DNA of 64,000 nucleotides from NCBI GenBank assembly GCA_010405405.1, contig MU004238.1, positions 1,003,530 through 1,067,529 on the forward strand, read 5' to 3'. Source of the stretch: Microthyrium microscopicum. Its lineage: Eukaryota. Positions within the stretch are counted from its first letter, which is position 1. Each line of letters starts with the position of its first letter. Under the pieces are notes generated by a model. It was not told the origin of the DNA. It saw only the letters and a program-made list of their open reading frames with translations, and did no database searches. A program made the translations under genes and the position numbers. Positions 41,270 through 54,303 of the stretch are shown here, one piece after another.

Positions 41270-42839
41270 ATGTTCGGACCATCAGTTTTGTTCCAAGCTC
41301 TTGCTTATTGGGTGCTGGTCGCCTCTTCTTCACAAGCTTATCAAGCGGCTGATCCCGTTGCGATATCGACCCTAGCGCCATACAACACAATTGCACCACC
41401 ACCTGCATCAACACCGCGAACTCCTATCACACTCAATGGAAAGAGCCCAAAATTACCGAAGTCTGGTGTCATACAACCCCCAACGGCAGGGCATGGAGAT
41501 GTTTGGCATCCTAAGGCCGGGTCCAAATTCCAAATTGTGCTTGGGCAGATGATTTTGAAGCTTGATCACGACACTCCGCTAGTTCCTGATGCCGAGATAT
41601 TTGACATCGATATGTTTCATACTCCCAAGGAAGTTATTTCGGAGCTAAGTCGACGTGGGAAGAAAGTCATCTGCTATTTTTCGGCCGGTGGCACTGAGAC
41701 TTGGAGACCTGATAATAAGGAGTTCAAAAAAGTGGATGTCGGAGATACTATGAAGGAATGGAAGGGTGAACACTGGCTGGTATGTGTAGTATTGCAAGCC
41801 AATATGTGGTCGAGGCATAACCTGCGGAAGCACTTATTGGGCTTTTTCTTACAATGTCTTTTCTCTCAAGTTGCGGCTTTGTACCAAGGCTTGTGACTAG
41901 GAGCATGTTAAAAGACATCTCCCGTGGCAACGACTTTACCTAACTTTTTATAGAACATTCGATCCGAAGATGTGTGGAGAGTCATGGAGAAGAGAATCAA
42001 GTACGCTTATGACAAAGGATGCAATGCGATTGATCCCGACAATCTCGGTAAGCAACACATGTTTTGTGCGTCAAGTACTCTTCTGAACCAATGTTAGATG
42101 CTTTTAACCACGAATCCAAGCGAGGAGGAGGCTTCAAACCGAAACTAACCAAAGCCGACACTGTAGCCTACTTGGCTCGACTCTCGAATGAGGCAGCAAA
42201 ATATGGCATGTCGACAGGCCTCAAAAATGTGGAGGAGCTTGTAAACGACGTTTCGCAGTACGTGCACTTTGCAGTGAACGAAGAATGTGCATCGATGGTA
42301 TGTTCCCTATGTTTTCGCCGGGAATCACACTAATATATACAGGACAATAGTGATGGATGCGGTCCCTATCAAAAGTACAATTTTAGCATTTCTTATCTGT
42401 CAAACATGGATTGACGGATTTTCTAGATTCCTACTTTCCGGGAAACCGGTATTTCATATCGAATATGTCAAAAACAGGGGTGGTAACGGTACCAATGTCC
42501 AGATAACAAGCACTAACAGATCTTTATCGAGATACGGAACTGCAGAGCTAGAAGCACTTTACTGTCAAAGGTCGATTCTAAAAGGGAAGACTCCTTTGGT
42601 GGCAAAGGCAGCAGACTTGCTCAGAGGCTCTACAGTGATCAAAGAGCTTGAACTGGGTGGATTCACATTGTTTTGTAAGTCACTATTTCACCATGCTTGA
42701 TACTTGCGCTTATTTTCTTTAAGGCGATGGTAGCACTGCCATAACACAGGTCTCTGCTGCTGGAGCTGAGAATGTTGATCTTATTGAAGACAAGCCTAAA
42801 GGTGGAAGCAAGCGTGGGGGAAAGGGTAGGTCTAATTGA
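41270..42839 (+). CDS. GH114 endo-alpha-1,4-galactosaminidase (Ega3-like), secreted, multi-exon
   Basis: Signal peptide and Pro/Thr linker, then WHPKAGSKFQIVL, IFDIDMF, KKVICYFSAG, GCNAIDPDNLD, GLKN, FAVNEEC, KPVFHIEY; the acidic residues in DPDN and NEEC are intact. Confidence 0.9.
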
Positions 42840-43198
42840 GTGAATCTTGGCAAATCACCAGATCGAAATAATAGATCAAATGTATAGAGTATATTTATAT
42901 GAATTAAGATCAAGCCTGGAGGCCAGCCCTCCGGATTTCATAACTTCTCAACTCTCCATTTTCAGAAAGCCCCTGACAGTATAGGCGGTGGCGCAGGAGC
43001 CAAGATCTGCAGGTGGCGCGTGGAATCTCGGCCCGATAGGTATGGCGTCGGCTTCGGCGATTGAAAAACTGCGGGCACTATTTCGGTGACATCGACGTCT
43101 TCGTGTTTAATGATTTGCAATTGAGCAGCACACGTCCACGAATCTGCAACTTTCAATCCGACTCAATCGTTCTTTATAGACCTCACAAGGACCTTACA

Positions 43199-44497
43199 AT
43201 GTTTGCGCGAGGAGCTTTTCGAGCTGCCCCAGCTCTGCGAAGTGTTAGAATCCCCCGAACCTGACATAATCGAACTGATCTAACCATGTTCCAGAGCTTC
43301 CGCCAGTATAGTTCCAAAAACGCCCAAGAGCCTCTACAAGCCAACGCTGGCAGACAAATTGCAATCGCTGGCGTGGCTGGATTAGCCGGATACTATGCTT
43401 ACTCTACGCTGGGAGGATCCGCAAAACTGGCTGCGAAACAAGAGGCCGCGCCAGTCGCAGCTCCGAAAGTGTTTACCGGAGGTACTTAATATCCAGCTGA
43501 ATAGACTGTGGTCCAAATGTACTAACAGCTCTTCCTCAAGGAGATCAGGGATTCGTTTCTCTAAAGCTTGAGGAGGTTGAGAACATCAACCACAACACGA
43601 AGCGCTTCCGATTCAGCTTCGAAGATCCCAACTCCGTATCCGGCTTAACGATTGCTTGTAAGACGATACACTTTGAGTAATAGTCTAGTACTAACGTCTA
43701 CAGCGGCCCTCCTAACCAAGTACCAGCAAGAGGGTCAAAAACCAGTGTAAGAACATGGAAATGGGCGAAAAAATGATACTAACCAGTTGTAGTGTGCGTC
43801 CTTATACACCCACGTCTGACGAAGGTACCAATAAACCCCAAAAACCAAAAGTATTCCTCTAAGTGCAACCAGATACAAAAGGCTATTTGGACCTTATGGT
43901 GAAACACTATCCAAATGGCCCGATGTCAACCCATCTCCATGAAATGAAGCCCGGGCAAAGGCTTGACTTTAAAGGTCCACTTCCGAAATACCAGTGGTCT
44001 GAGAACAAACACGAACACATCGCTTTCATTGCGGGTGGAACAGGTAAATATTTGTCAAGCCTAGAAGTCATGTTTGCTGACTTGTATCAGGAATTACACC
44101 CATGTTTCAAATTGCTCGAGCAATTTTCAATAACCCCAAGGACAAGACAAAGGTTTCTCTCATTTTCGGTAATGTCTCTGAAGCAGACATTCTTCTCAAA
44201 AAAGAGTTCGAGGAGCTAGAAAACGAGTACCCAAATCGCTTCAAGGCGTTCTATGTTTTAGACCAGGCACCCAAGGACTACACTGGAAGATATCAGACTG
44301 GCTTCATTACAAAGGACCTACTGAAAACAGTACTGCCTGCTCCCAGCGGGGGTGATGCCGTAAAGGTATTCGTGTGCGGTCCACCGGGCCTCTACAAGGC
44401 CATTTCTGGTGGCAAGAAAAGCCCGGCTGACCAGGGTGAACTCACTGGTTACCTCCAAGAGCTAGGATATACCAAGGATCAAGTTTTCAAATTCTAG
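43199..44497 (+). CDS. mcr1: Mitochondrial NADH-cytochrome b5 reductase 2
   Basis: Presequence [59 protein letters not shown]; several short introns. Confidence 0.93.
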
Positions 44498-45777
44498 ACT
44501 AATGATTACCCACATTGTACATTAGAAGCAAGATAGACGTCGAAGCGAGCGCACAAATACGTGTCAGAGAATAGAGACTCAGAACCGTTCAATCGCCACT
44601 TTTGAGGGTGCTGTCAAAGAGCGCCAATCGCTTCCTTTCATCTTCACACTCATGAAAACAAAGTTGCGAAATACTTCCTGGTTCTGGCTTGTAAACACCT
44701 GGCACAATGTCTAACAGCAACGAGGCTGGTCCTGTGAGGCTTCAGCGCGCACATGTGAAGTAAAGGCTAGTGCTAAATGCTTCGAACCAGGAGGCATTAG
44801 ACTCTTCAGCCGAGGGGGCGTGATTGGGAAGGCTAATAATAGATGATTATTGATCTGGAGAGCTCAATATTCATGCCAGCCTTCCGTTCAGTAACGCAAC
44901 CAGGGAAAGCGAGTCACGCCATTGCGACTTCGTGTGATGAATGACTGCAAATACTACTTGCAGCTATCAAATCCCCAAAGTCGTATGCTGTCTCTTACTC
45001 TCACTAAAGGCTTCGATGCCTAGATTGATCGCGCAGTTGTATCTGTTGCCTTTGGCATGTTCCGTATCAAAAGATATTGCAAATAGGATGACTGTTTTTA
45101 GCACTATGCTTGTGGACCGACGAAGCCAAATTAAGCCATAGTAGGTGATGAATAATCTCGCCATATAAGCCTAATGATTTGACGTGACCGCAGTGATATG
45201 CTTAGTTAATTCGGCCTCAACACTTACACATGGAAGCATAGGTACCGGATGCGTCGGGAATAACACCATGCTTCCACTTGCGACTCGACAACTACTCAAT
45301 AAAGTCATGGTGAGATTCTCTTTCACCCACCATGATTGAAGCAGCTCTCGTACAGTGCAATATCCACTTGCGGTAGATCTAGACCTCGCAAGCAAAAGCG
45401 AGAGAGACATGTTGGAAAACATGTCAGGTCACGCTTATCGCGTTAAGAATGGACTCTTTTGACATACCACATACCGTTGCATGACGACACACATCGCGAT
45501 ATGTTTCGCGGGGTAGAGTGCGTCTAAATATGGTTTTGAAAACAGACTATCGACTGTTAGTGGTGTTGTAGCAGCAATACGAGGCTAGGATGGGTAAGTG
45601 TACGCAAGGTGTGGCGTCGTATACAATTGCTGACAGAAGGTTTGAGATATTGGCAAGTATTGTACCAAAGTCCTCGCAGATGGTCTCATACATACTTCAT
45701 ATACCTTGTCTAAATATTGGTAAACTGCTCAGGATACAGTCACGTTACCACTACTATCGCGATCATGGTTCATACAG

Positions 45778-46503
45778 GTGATTCGATACCACATGGTAAG
45801 GACTTCTACAAGTACCCGGTTCGTCATGGCAAGGGCTTTTAATGAGTTTGCGGTCAAGTCCTCTCTCCTATACAGGACTACTGCGACTTGGAAGTTGACA
45901 TGCTTAAGCATCGGTGCTTGGCGCAAGGTAGCATTTTCCAACGTGACGTTCCTGCAGGGGAACGGTGAGTGGTAGAAGGATGAAAATGCTCTTTCCAGAA
46001 TGCAAGGTCGCAAAAACGTGGAGGCTATTTTTAGATCTATTTTTAGCACTCCCACGTTGCTGCGCCTCGAGTTGAACAACCACTCTCCAGCGAGTCCAGC
46101 CGCACCATACAATTTTTGCATCGATTTTTCCAAGCTTTGCCGACTCTTCACCGCCAATCATACAGCTTCACCTAGATCGCTACCTAACTGTCGGACGTGT
46201 CCGTAAGGCTGGTTGAAGCCACTGCGGTGGCGCGACTTGAGACCCTACCGCATGGAGAAATCGCTGGCGCAACTGTCCTCTAGTGCCGGTGTTCATTGCC
46301 TTAACTTCACGAGGCTGGTGGGGAAAGACTTTTCGTATTTGGACAGGCGTGGATTTGCTGTATGTGACCCCCAGGTGACATTGCCTAGCCAATACGCGGT
46401 ATCATTGGATCCGATATGGTATCCTCTTCGGGTAGATGGCGATGCTAAATTTACTAATCCTCCAGCTTTGGAACGAGATGGATCATTTTCGTATGCTGGG
46501 TGA
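45778..46503 (+). pseudogene. Possible decayed gene: three same-frame ORFs separated by single stops
   Basis: Track ORFs 45778-45975, 46000-46206 and 46213-46503 share one frame, broken only by one TAG and one TAA; no family recognised. Confidence 0.35.
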
Positions 46504-46693
46504 TTCATATAAGAGTCTACCTTGCTCATGATGGTAGCACTTAGAATATCATTCAATTTCAACGTCTTCTATCTCCATATCTCTAATATTTTCAATATCT
46601 AACCCCAGTCTATCGCTTGTCTCAACCGTTCGATATCATTACACACTGTCGCTCTAATCAATTGCAATATCCAACTACAAGTTGATTCTAAAT

Positions 46694-47749
46694 ATGCGCG
46701 GAACTACTACTTTCATGCTCGCTGCAGCCTGGGCAGGCCTTGCGCAAGCTGGCGGATACAAGAAGTAAGTTTGATATCGATCCATCTCATTCATATTCAT
46801 ACTAATACGAAACAGCGCAACATCATCCGCCATTGCATCATCATCTTCAGCGTCCACTCTGCCATCATCTAGCCTAGTCTCCTCCAGCAGCTACGCCTCC
46901 AGCTCCTCCGCTTCAACAACCAGCAAACCACACAGCTCAGGCTCAGCGTCCATCTCCAGCACAGCATCACTCAGCAGTTCCTCCAGCTCCACTGGCCCCG
47001 AAACACTCACCACCTACACCACTACGACCCTCTGCCCCATCACATCAACCTATCTATCCGGTTCCTCCGTCATCCGCTCTACCAGCTACACCACCAGCAC
47101 TATTACCGTGACCAGCTGCGTCCACGGATGCCACCAGAACCCGCCTCCACCACCACCAACTAGCACACCGACCACCGCTCCAACGCTACCCACTGGACCG
47201 CAAACGATCGTGTCCACACAGACAAAATTCGTGCCATGCAGCACACCCATCATCGGTCCAGGCGGAGAGACACAGTACTACAGTACTTGGCTGACAGCGA
47301 CATACATCCCAACGACAATCGTAACATATGTGCATGCGACACCAACTACTACACCTGTCACTACACCAGCGACCTGTGAGGCCGCAACCGTGACCAAAAC
47401 AGTTACTGTCGTGGCGACTATTACTGCTTACCCTGGCAACGGTGGTAATGGCGGTAATTGGCAGAGCCCACCACCCAACAACGGCGGAAATGGACAGAGC
47501 CCACCACCCAACAACGGCGGCAATGGACAGAGCCCACCACCAAACAACGGCGGCAATGGCCAGAGCCCACCACCAAACAACGGCGGAAGCGGCGGAAACC
47601 CACCACCACCAAACAACGGCGGCAACGGCGGCCACGCACACCCCACAGGAAGCAGCAGTGCCACTAAGCCATCCGGTACCGGGAACGCCGGCTCTTCCAT
47701 TGCCAGCAGTGTTTACCATAAGCCAACCTTGAGTGCCAAGGGCTGGTAA
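46694..47749 (+). CDS. Secreted Ser/Thr/Pro-rich cell-surface protein with NGGNGQSPPP repeats (one intron)
   Basis: Signal peptide MRGTTTFMLAAAWAGLAQA; GTAAGT..CTAAT..CAG intron; TTYTTTTLCP, TVTSC, VPCST and YYSTWLT motifs; ends SAKGW*. Confidence 0.8.
47462..47631 (+). repeat. Coding 33-bp tandem repeat (QSPPPNNGGNG), 4-5 copies
   Basis: CAGAGCCCACCACC(C/A)AACAACGGCGG(A/C)AATGG units seen directly. Confidence 0.9.
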
Positions 47750-48180
47750 AATGGCGAATATGTTAATGAGATAAAGTGTTGAGATGAAAAGGATTGTATA
47801 TTTGCATGACAGCATGGCGTTTGGGGAGAGCGGAAACTCTCACACAAGGCTTCCACTGGCCATCATTGCAGTGAAGATCCTATAGGATATAGAATTAGTC
47901 ATTTTACCAAAACTTATTTGTAATAACTTAATATATCTTTCGCTTCGAACATTCTTGGTTTTCTGATGCTTGATTTGGTTGTGAGTATGGGTCTAGAAGT
48001 ATTGGAGTCAGAAGCAAACGCTAGAGAAGTTTTGAAATGGAGCTTGTGATTGAGATGCTGAATATTAGCGCTAAGGGTTCAAGTACAGTACAATAACACC
48101 AGGTGTGTATGCATCCAACTAAAATAGGTATCGTTAATTCATTCCATGACGGAAGACGCCCATCTGACCCTCAAACGTCA

Positions 48181-49492
48181 TCAGAGATAAACGGATTTTG
48201 CTTCTTTTGGATGTGACTCGGCAGGACAGTATGGACACTTGAAGCGTGCGTTTTTGCTAATACTCTTCAGACTCTCGTAGCAAATGACGTGTCCACATGG
48301 CATCATCTTTGGCGGATTTGCATCCGTCGCTTGTTCCTTGCTGACAGGACACACAAAGATAGAGTGGAACATGTAATCCGGAGGTAGGGGGATTTCGACA
48401 GGTAATTCTTCCTGCGTAGTCCACTCGGTGCGTTTGGTGCGCATGATACTGCGTACTTTGGAGAGAATAGGGAGTGCGATGGAGCCAGCAGTGCAGGCGA
48501 TGAAAAGTGGAGATGAGGGTGAGAGGCCAAGCAGGGAGCAAAACTCGCGGGTGAATGAGCTACAGACGTCATCCCAAGCTGCATATGGTGAAAAGAGGTC
48601 TGCGTAAGGCGAATCAGGCATGTTTTGCCAATACGCCATAGCGCCAACGAGTTTATGTATGTCTGCCATGTAACGGTCTTGGAAGGGTGCAAAAGCCTCG
48701 CGAGCGTATGTAGCGGCGCGGAGAACGCTGGCTGGGTACCCAGTATCATCTGCATCCATGTCTACATCGCCTTCGAAGTTGCCGTTGCCATCATAGCCTA
48801 GGAATAAAGAGACAAAGCGTAGGCGGCAAAGCTCGAATTCTAGATTGCTACCTCTGCTCTCAAGCTGTTCCGAGTGATTCGTTGCCCATGTTATGGCCGG
48901 ATCTAGGTTCTGCTTATTCTTGAGTTCGTCTAGGATGTGGTACATTTCTGCGAATTGTGCTTGTAGTCGCTCGCTTTTGATTTCCCATGATAGCTCTTGT
49001 TTATCTGTGCGTGGATTGGGGGACTTTATCCCAGAATGTCCGTTGATTGTGCTCGCTTCGTTGGCTTCGCGGAAGAAGGTGGAAGCGACATCGAATTGAC
49101 CTTCTCGGAGTAGGTGCATAGCAATCGCGCGATTTATGAGGTAGGACTGAGAGGCGAGGGCATCTTCTTCATCGTCATCAACGGGTAACTTCCATACCTA
49201 GAATGATTAGACGAAAGACATCATGGTAAAAAGGGAAACATACCTTATTCAAGGCTTTCTCATAGGATTTTGACGCAGAGTTCACGTCCTTTAAGTTGCT
49301 GTTGGCAACATCGAAGGAGGACTTTATGCCGGATTTCGCTTTTGTAATGTGCAAAGGGGTGCCATTGGGGTTGGCGACAATATCGGCTCGGGCTTTCTCT
49401 AGTGCAGCCAGGACTTGTTGCATGGAATCTTGAGTTTTGGAGAAGCTAGCTTTATTGGCAAACCGCGCATGTTCTTTCATAAGATCATCCAT
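48181..49492 (-). CDS. rmd5: GID/CTLH complex RING subunit Rmd5 (Gid2)
   Basis: LisH (INRAIAMHLLREGQFDVA), CTLH (LESRGSNLEFELCRL), C-terminal FHSIFVCPVSKEQ...PCGHVI...FKCPYCP; one intron near 49200-49243. Confidence 0.92.
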
Positions 49493-50141
49493 AGCGACTG
49501 ATTGTATTGCTGGTATAGGAGAGTCTGAGAAGAGGGTTTCAAGGTTGGTTGCAGTGGCGTCGGTCGGGAGAGCCAAGATATCCCAAAGTGAAGATGGGGA
49601 GTGTTTGCATACTGTCACCAGGCAGAAAGAGAGAAGATATGCAGGCAACACAGGAGCTCAGCAGGTACCCCAGATTGATACAGTCTTGAAGATCTGTATT
49701 GTATCCCTTGCAAAAAAAGAGATCAAAAGTCGATAGAGAGTGGTGTTGGCGGGTGTGTCGATAGAGCACGAGATGTAGTAGAGATGACATGACTAGCTGG
49801 CAGCCGATGCTGATCTTGCAGGGGTCTCACCCTCAAATATGAGTAAGCATTATCATGATTGGTAGGAACGTGGAAACATCCAGCACTGAGAGGAACGGAA
49901 AGGGAAGCTCTGGGTGGAAATGCCAAGACTTTCCTACACATTAAACTTACCGGTAATGATCTGCCTTGTCTGCATGTGATGCATCTCAATGTTTGTGTTG
50001 TCTCAAAGCTCTCCAACTCACAAACTAAGCGACACCAAGTCTAGCAGCCTTACACCCCAGCCAGCACCCTACCCATCCTTTCACTCATGTAGTAACACAA
50101 CAAAAATATGAGTTGGCCACCATCAAGCTCCTCCGCCCCTC

Positions 50142-52667
50142 ATGGCTGCCTCCAAGCTGGCCGCGCCCGCGAACCATCAACGCTTCGTCTTTACCGATCC
50201 CATAGCTGTTCGCTACTTGGAAGAAGATCCTGCCACCCATTTACTTGCTCGCCGAGAAACGTTACATGGCTATGAGTCCTATCTAGTCGAACAATGGGCC
50301 TGCTCGCGCAAGGATCCCACCTTTACCATCACCACATATACTGGAGAAGAGACCAGCAAGGTTGTTGTTGGTGTGCTGAGTGTTCCGACAGATGAATCAA
50401 CCTGGAGCCAGCGACTCAAGGTCTATTTTCAGAGTTTGAACAAATATCATGCGAGAAAAAAAGAGACTTATTTAGGGACTATTATGATTACGAATCTGAG
50501 CGGATTTCCTTCATCCTTGACTGTTATTCCCATTCCAGGAGGAGATATCCGTGCGAATCGTGAGGCATTTTTTGTCAATGAAGATTTGAAGAGGCTGGGT
50601 TGTTCTGGACGTGTTGGCCTGACTTTGAGTCCAGCATCATCTGCAACAGCAGCCAAATTCTATCAACTCTATAGAGTCAGCGACAAGAACCCTCTAAACC
50701 TAGCCGTCATTGAACTAGTTAAGCTTTGTCAGACTGCTTTGCTTCTCTTTGGCAATATCGAATCCGAATACGTGGATGGACTGCTCTGCGATGTTACAGA
50801 AAAAGCCATTAACGACTGGTGGCTTGAATTTGGATCCGAATACTACAATGTAGAACCCCATGATGGCATTCTTGGGCCCACTACTGTCTCTGCACTACTC
50901 GGCCTGTTAACTGGAGCTCGCAACAGGCTTCATGCATACGGCGCACCAATATCAAAGGATGTCTTCGATCTCGAGCACACGAAGAGAGCTATCGCATACT
51001 TTCAAAAAGGGCATAGACTGCCTAAAACAAGAAGGCTTGATCGACAAACACTTTCTCGGATACATCGGTCAACCGCAAAAGCTGCGAGTGGAGATGGATG
51101 GTTTGTGCCAAAGGCAGTCAAGTCTACAGTGGCCGAGTTGAGCGGAAAGGGCGGCGAGATGGTCATGGACATAGTCCGCTCTGGAAACAAAACAGGAATC
51201 GCAGACGTGGAAACTGTGGACATTGAGCAGTTCGTACAACAAGTCCAAGGTTCAAGATCAAAATGGTTATGGCAAGGCAAGCCAAGAAAGACGACAATAA
51301 ACGAAAATGTTCGCTCCGATCAAGCAAGACAATCGCCTATATCACCAAATAATCAGGCTCGAGAATGGGCCACTAATGCAATGTCACCTTCCACTTCCAA
51401 TCCAGCAGATAATATCGAGGAGCGAGATCGCAACCGACTTTCCAAGAAACAACCAGAGACAGCAAGTCATTATCGTCAGCATGACTCTAGTCGCGGATTA
51501 GGAAGGATTAAAGATGCGGTTGGTTTGCGTCATGCGACAAAGCCCTTTCGCGATGGGCCCGACAAGTATGGACTGGATGGTTCAAGTAGTAATGTACAAT
51601 CAACACAATCAACCGCAGCATCCTCATTTCGAATGCCTCCAACCACATTTGCAGGAGAGTCTACTATTGTAGAAACATCAGAGACGGCCCTTTCTCAACC
51701 AGAGTCCGTAGCTACATTGCAGGAACCAAGATTTACAAAAATACTGAGTGAAACGCCGGTTGACGATCATTCCGCTTACTTGGAACACGTGGAGCCGCCG
51801 TCGGATGAAGAACGAGGACTGGAAGTAGAAGTTGGACCGGTACCTTTTGCAATGTCACCATATCGGTCAGCGAGCCCGTCCATAGCCGGGTCAATGTACA
51901 GAGGAGTGGATTTAGATGAGCTATTTGACAAGAACGATGGCACGGCCATTAGAATCGGGCCATCATTTAAGAGAACCCACAGTTTCTCGCGATGCGAGGG
52001 CATGGATCAGGCAAAGCATGCATCGAAATGGCCCCGGCACTTATCGTTCAGCTTGGCCGAGGACAGCGTGCTTACCTGGGAGCGGCTGGATGAGCCCTTG
52101 GATGGTGATGAAGAGGGTGTGCTCGCAGGATTGACGAGTGCGATGCAGTCAAATAGGATACGCGAGGGCTTGCTGGAACTGCAGGTGGAGGTAGCCGACT
52201 GGGTCAGTGCGGAGCTGGTCAAGGTTGAGCAGCTGCAACGGTCCCTGGACAGCGATCAGAAGGAACTGGATGATTTATATTACCACAAGTCCGAGGAGTA
52301 TCGGGAACTTGCAAGCGGATCGAACGAGGTGATGGTGTTTGAACGCGGGCAGCTGGAGGAGGCGGCCAAGGAAATTGAAGTACTGGGCGCTAAACTCGAG
52401 TATGAAATTAACGTGGTACGCGGCAAAGTTGAAGATGTGGAGGATGGGGTTGTCGAGTTTGAACGACAGGTTGTCATGGTGGAAAACCGGGTTGTGGAGC
52501 TGGAAAGAGCAATGGAACCAAAGGAGGGATGGATGCACTGGATGCGGCGCGTGCTAACTGGCATTGGGAAGGAGACTGAGGAACCAAAGAGGGCGAAAGA
52601 CATGGCAACGGCGCAGTCCGAATCCAGGTCGACGATGGACGGGAAAGACACGGCATCGAGCAAATGA
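50142..52667 (+). CDS. STB2/STB6-like Sin3-binding protein
   Basis: FVFTDPIAVRYLEED, GYESYLVEQWACSR, NEDLKRLGCSGR, DGLLCDVTEKAI, DGILGPTTV; C-terminal coiled coil; 841 aa. Confidence 0.85.
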   Translation: MAASKLAAPANHQRFVFTDPIAVRYLEEDPATHLLARRETLHGYESYLVEQWACSRKDPTFTITTYTGEETSKVVVGVLSVPTDESTWSQRLKVYFQSLNKYHARKKETYLGTIMITNLSGFPSSLTVIPIPGGDIRANREAFFVNEDLKRLGCSGRVGLTLSPASSATAAKFYQLYRVSDKNPLNLAVIELVKLCQTALLLFGNIESEYVDGLLCDVTEKAINDWWLEFGSEYYNVEPHDGILGPTTVSALLGLLTGARNRLHAYGAPISKDVFDLEHTKRAIAYFQKGHRLPKTRRLDRQTLSRIHRSTAKAASGDGWFVPKAVKSTVAELSGKGGEMVMDIVRSGNKTGIADVETVDIEQFVQQVQGSRSKWLWQGKPRKTTINENVRSDQARQSPISPNNQAREWATNAMSPSTSNPADNIEERDRNRLSKKQPETASHYRQHDSSRGLGRIKDAVGLRHATKPFRDGPDKYGLDGSSSNVQSTQSTAASSFRMPPTTFAGESTIVETSETALSQPESVATLQEPRFTKILSETPVDDHSAYLEHVEPPSDEERGLEVEVGPVPFAMSPYRSASPSIAGSMYRGVDLDELFDKNDGTAIRIGPSFKRTHSFSRCEGMDQAKHASKWPRHLSFSLAEDSVLTWERLDEPLDGDEEGVLAGLTSAMQSNRIREGLLELQVEVADWVSAELVKVEQLQRSLDSDQKELDDLYYHKSEEYRELASGSNEVMVFERGQLEEAAKEIEVLGAKLEYEINVVRGKVEDVEDGVVEFERQVVMVENRVVELERAMEPKEGWMHWMRRVLTGIGKETEEPKRAKDMATAQSESRSTMDGKDTASSK

Positions 52668-54303
52668 AAATCAACCAACCCCAATAAAGGGCCTAGGAGG
52701 GGCCAAAGTGGCATCGCAATTCAACTGTCAGCCAAAAGACAGTATCGACGTGGCATGCTGACAGGTGGAAATTGAAACATGAAGGGGAAATGGACGACAG
52801 GAGGTTGTTTGAACTTTGGGATTCATGCACACGCGATTATGCTGGACTACTGCGGGATTGGAGTAGTGAAGATTGGAAGATCTAGGAACGTCCATGTATA
52901 GAAGTTGAAAAAAAGCAGATGTTCCATGCGATAGCAGGGTATATTAGGCTCATACAGGGGAGTATAGGAAACCATGCTCCGAGGCTGGGAAACACGCACC
53001 GTGCCGTGGTTGGGTGTCGTTGTTGCAGGCAATAGGAGCCAGATCGAAACCAGACAAGCTCGCGGTCCCCATACGATGGTTATGACCCCGGACGGGCCCC
53101 AGTCAAGCCCAGTCAAGCCCAGTCTGCGATTAAAATGTTTCAGCCTTGTCCCTGCATCCCAGCCCGCATTCCAACGTCGTACTAGGCTGACCTAGCAGTC
53201 CATCGGTTTTTCTTAGACAACTCCCTAGACTATCCCAGAGTTAATCAAAAACAACCAACTACCTCTCATCCTACCACCTACATTCTCTCCCGTTCTTTGC
53301 GGCTTTTCATGTGCTGAAGCCCCAGCATTAATAGGAAAAAACATATTCTGCCACCGATTAATTTTAGAAATGCCACCTGGTCTTTGGAAGCGGTTGGTGC
53401 GGTGGCTGTTTTATTCGCCGACGCCATGACATTGCAGGCCATCTCATACGTCATTAGTCCATATGCGGCCCTGCATCGTATATTGAATGCACGAGGCTGC
53501 ATTACAGACTCGTTGATGGTATTGCAATTTGTTTTGTTTGAGAGCCGGAGCCGTCAAGGCGTTTTGAACGCTTAACGCTGCTTTGCTGCTTTGCTGCTTT
53601 GCGATGTGAGACTACCATCATGTCCCCTCCCAGGCTCCCCTCCATCGCTAAACCGCATGCCATCTCCATCTCGACTTTACACGGCCAATCATTACTACTT
53701 CCTCTCAACTCGACAGGTAAGCACTCGTTCGCCTTCCCCGGTCTGAGGCGTACATTCCTGGCTTGTATCTGCAACATAATGCGCAATCGATTTGTTGGAG
53801 TTTCTGTCCATCTGCAAGAACCCACATAATATCACCACCGCTTGACCCAATCTTAATACTCCGTCTTATACATACGGTACAACGCCCGTTTCTTGGAGGC
53901 TCTATTTGCTCAAATATATCACACATCAAATGCACTATACTCTAACTTTAATGACGTAGCAATTACTCCTACAGTCCCTCAGCCCATTGCCTTTGTCCCT
54001 TCTTTAAATACTAGTAATTCCTATTTCTGGCCACACGAGTAATTGACTGACATTGCTTTCCCAAACCTCCCCGAACTTCCTGCCGACTCTTAATTTAATA
54101 TACGTCTCCTGTATTGCATAAAACATATACCACGCCTCCCAACTATCCAACCCCCCTCTCGACATCCCTGAGATATTTCCTTTTACTCCTGGTGCTTATT
54201 ACCACCCATCCTGCAGGTCGTCACTCTCTCCACATTCTCATCTCATACATCACCTACCCTATACTTCTAACCCATCCTACCCACTCCCACCCTCCGGCCC
54301 ATA

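Noticed and set aside
47186..47815. Antisense ORFs with VVWWWAL repeats
   Set aside because: Shadow frames of the coding 33-bp repeat.
52700..54300. Several 60-110 aa ORFs upstream of the aquaporin
   Set aside because: Overlapping on both strands with no domain signal; probably promoter/UTR.
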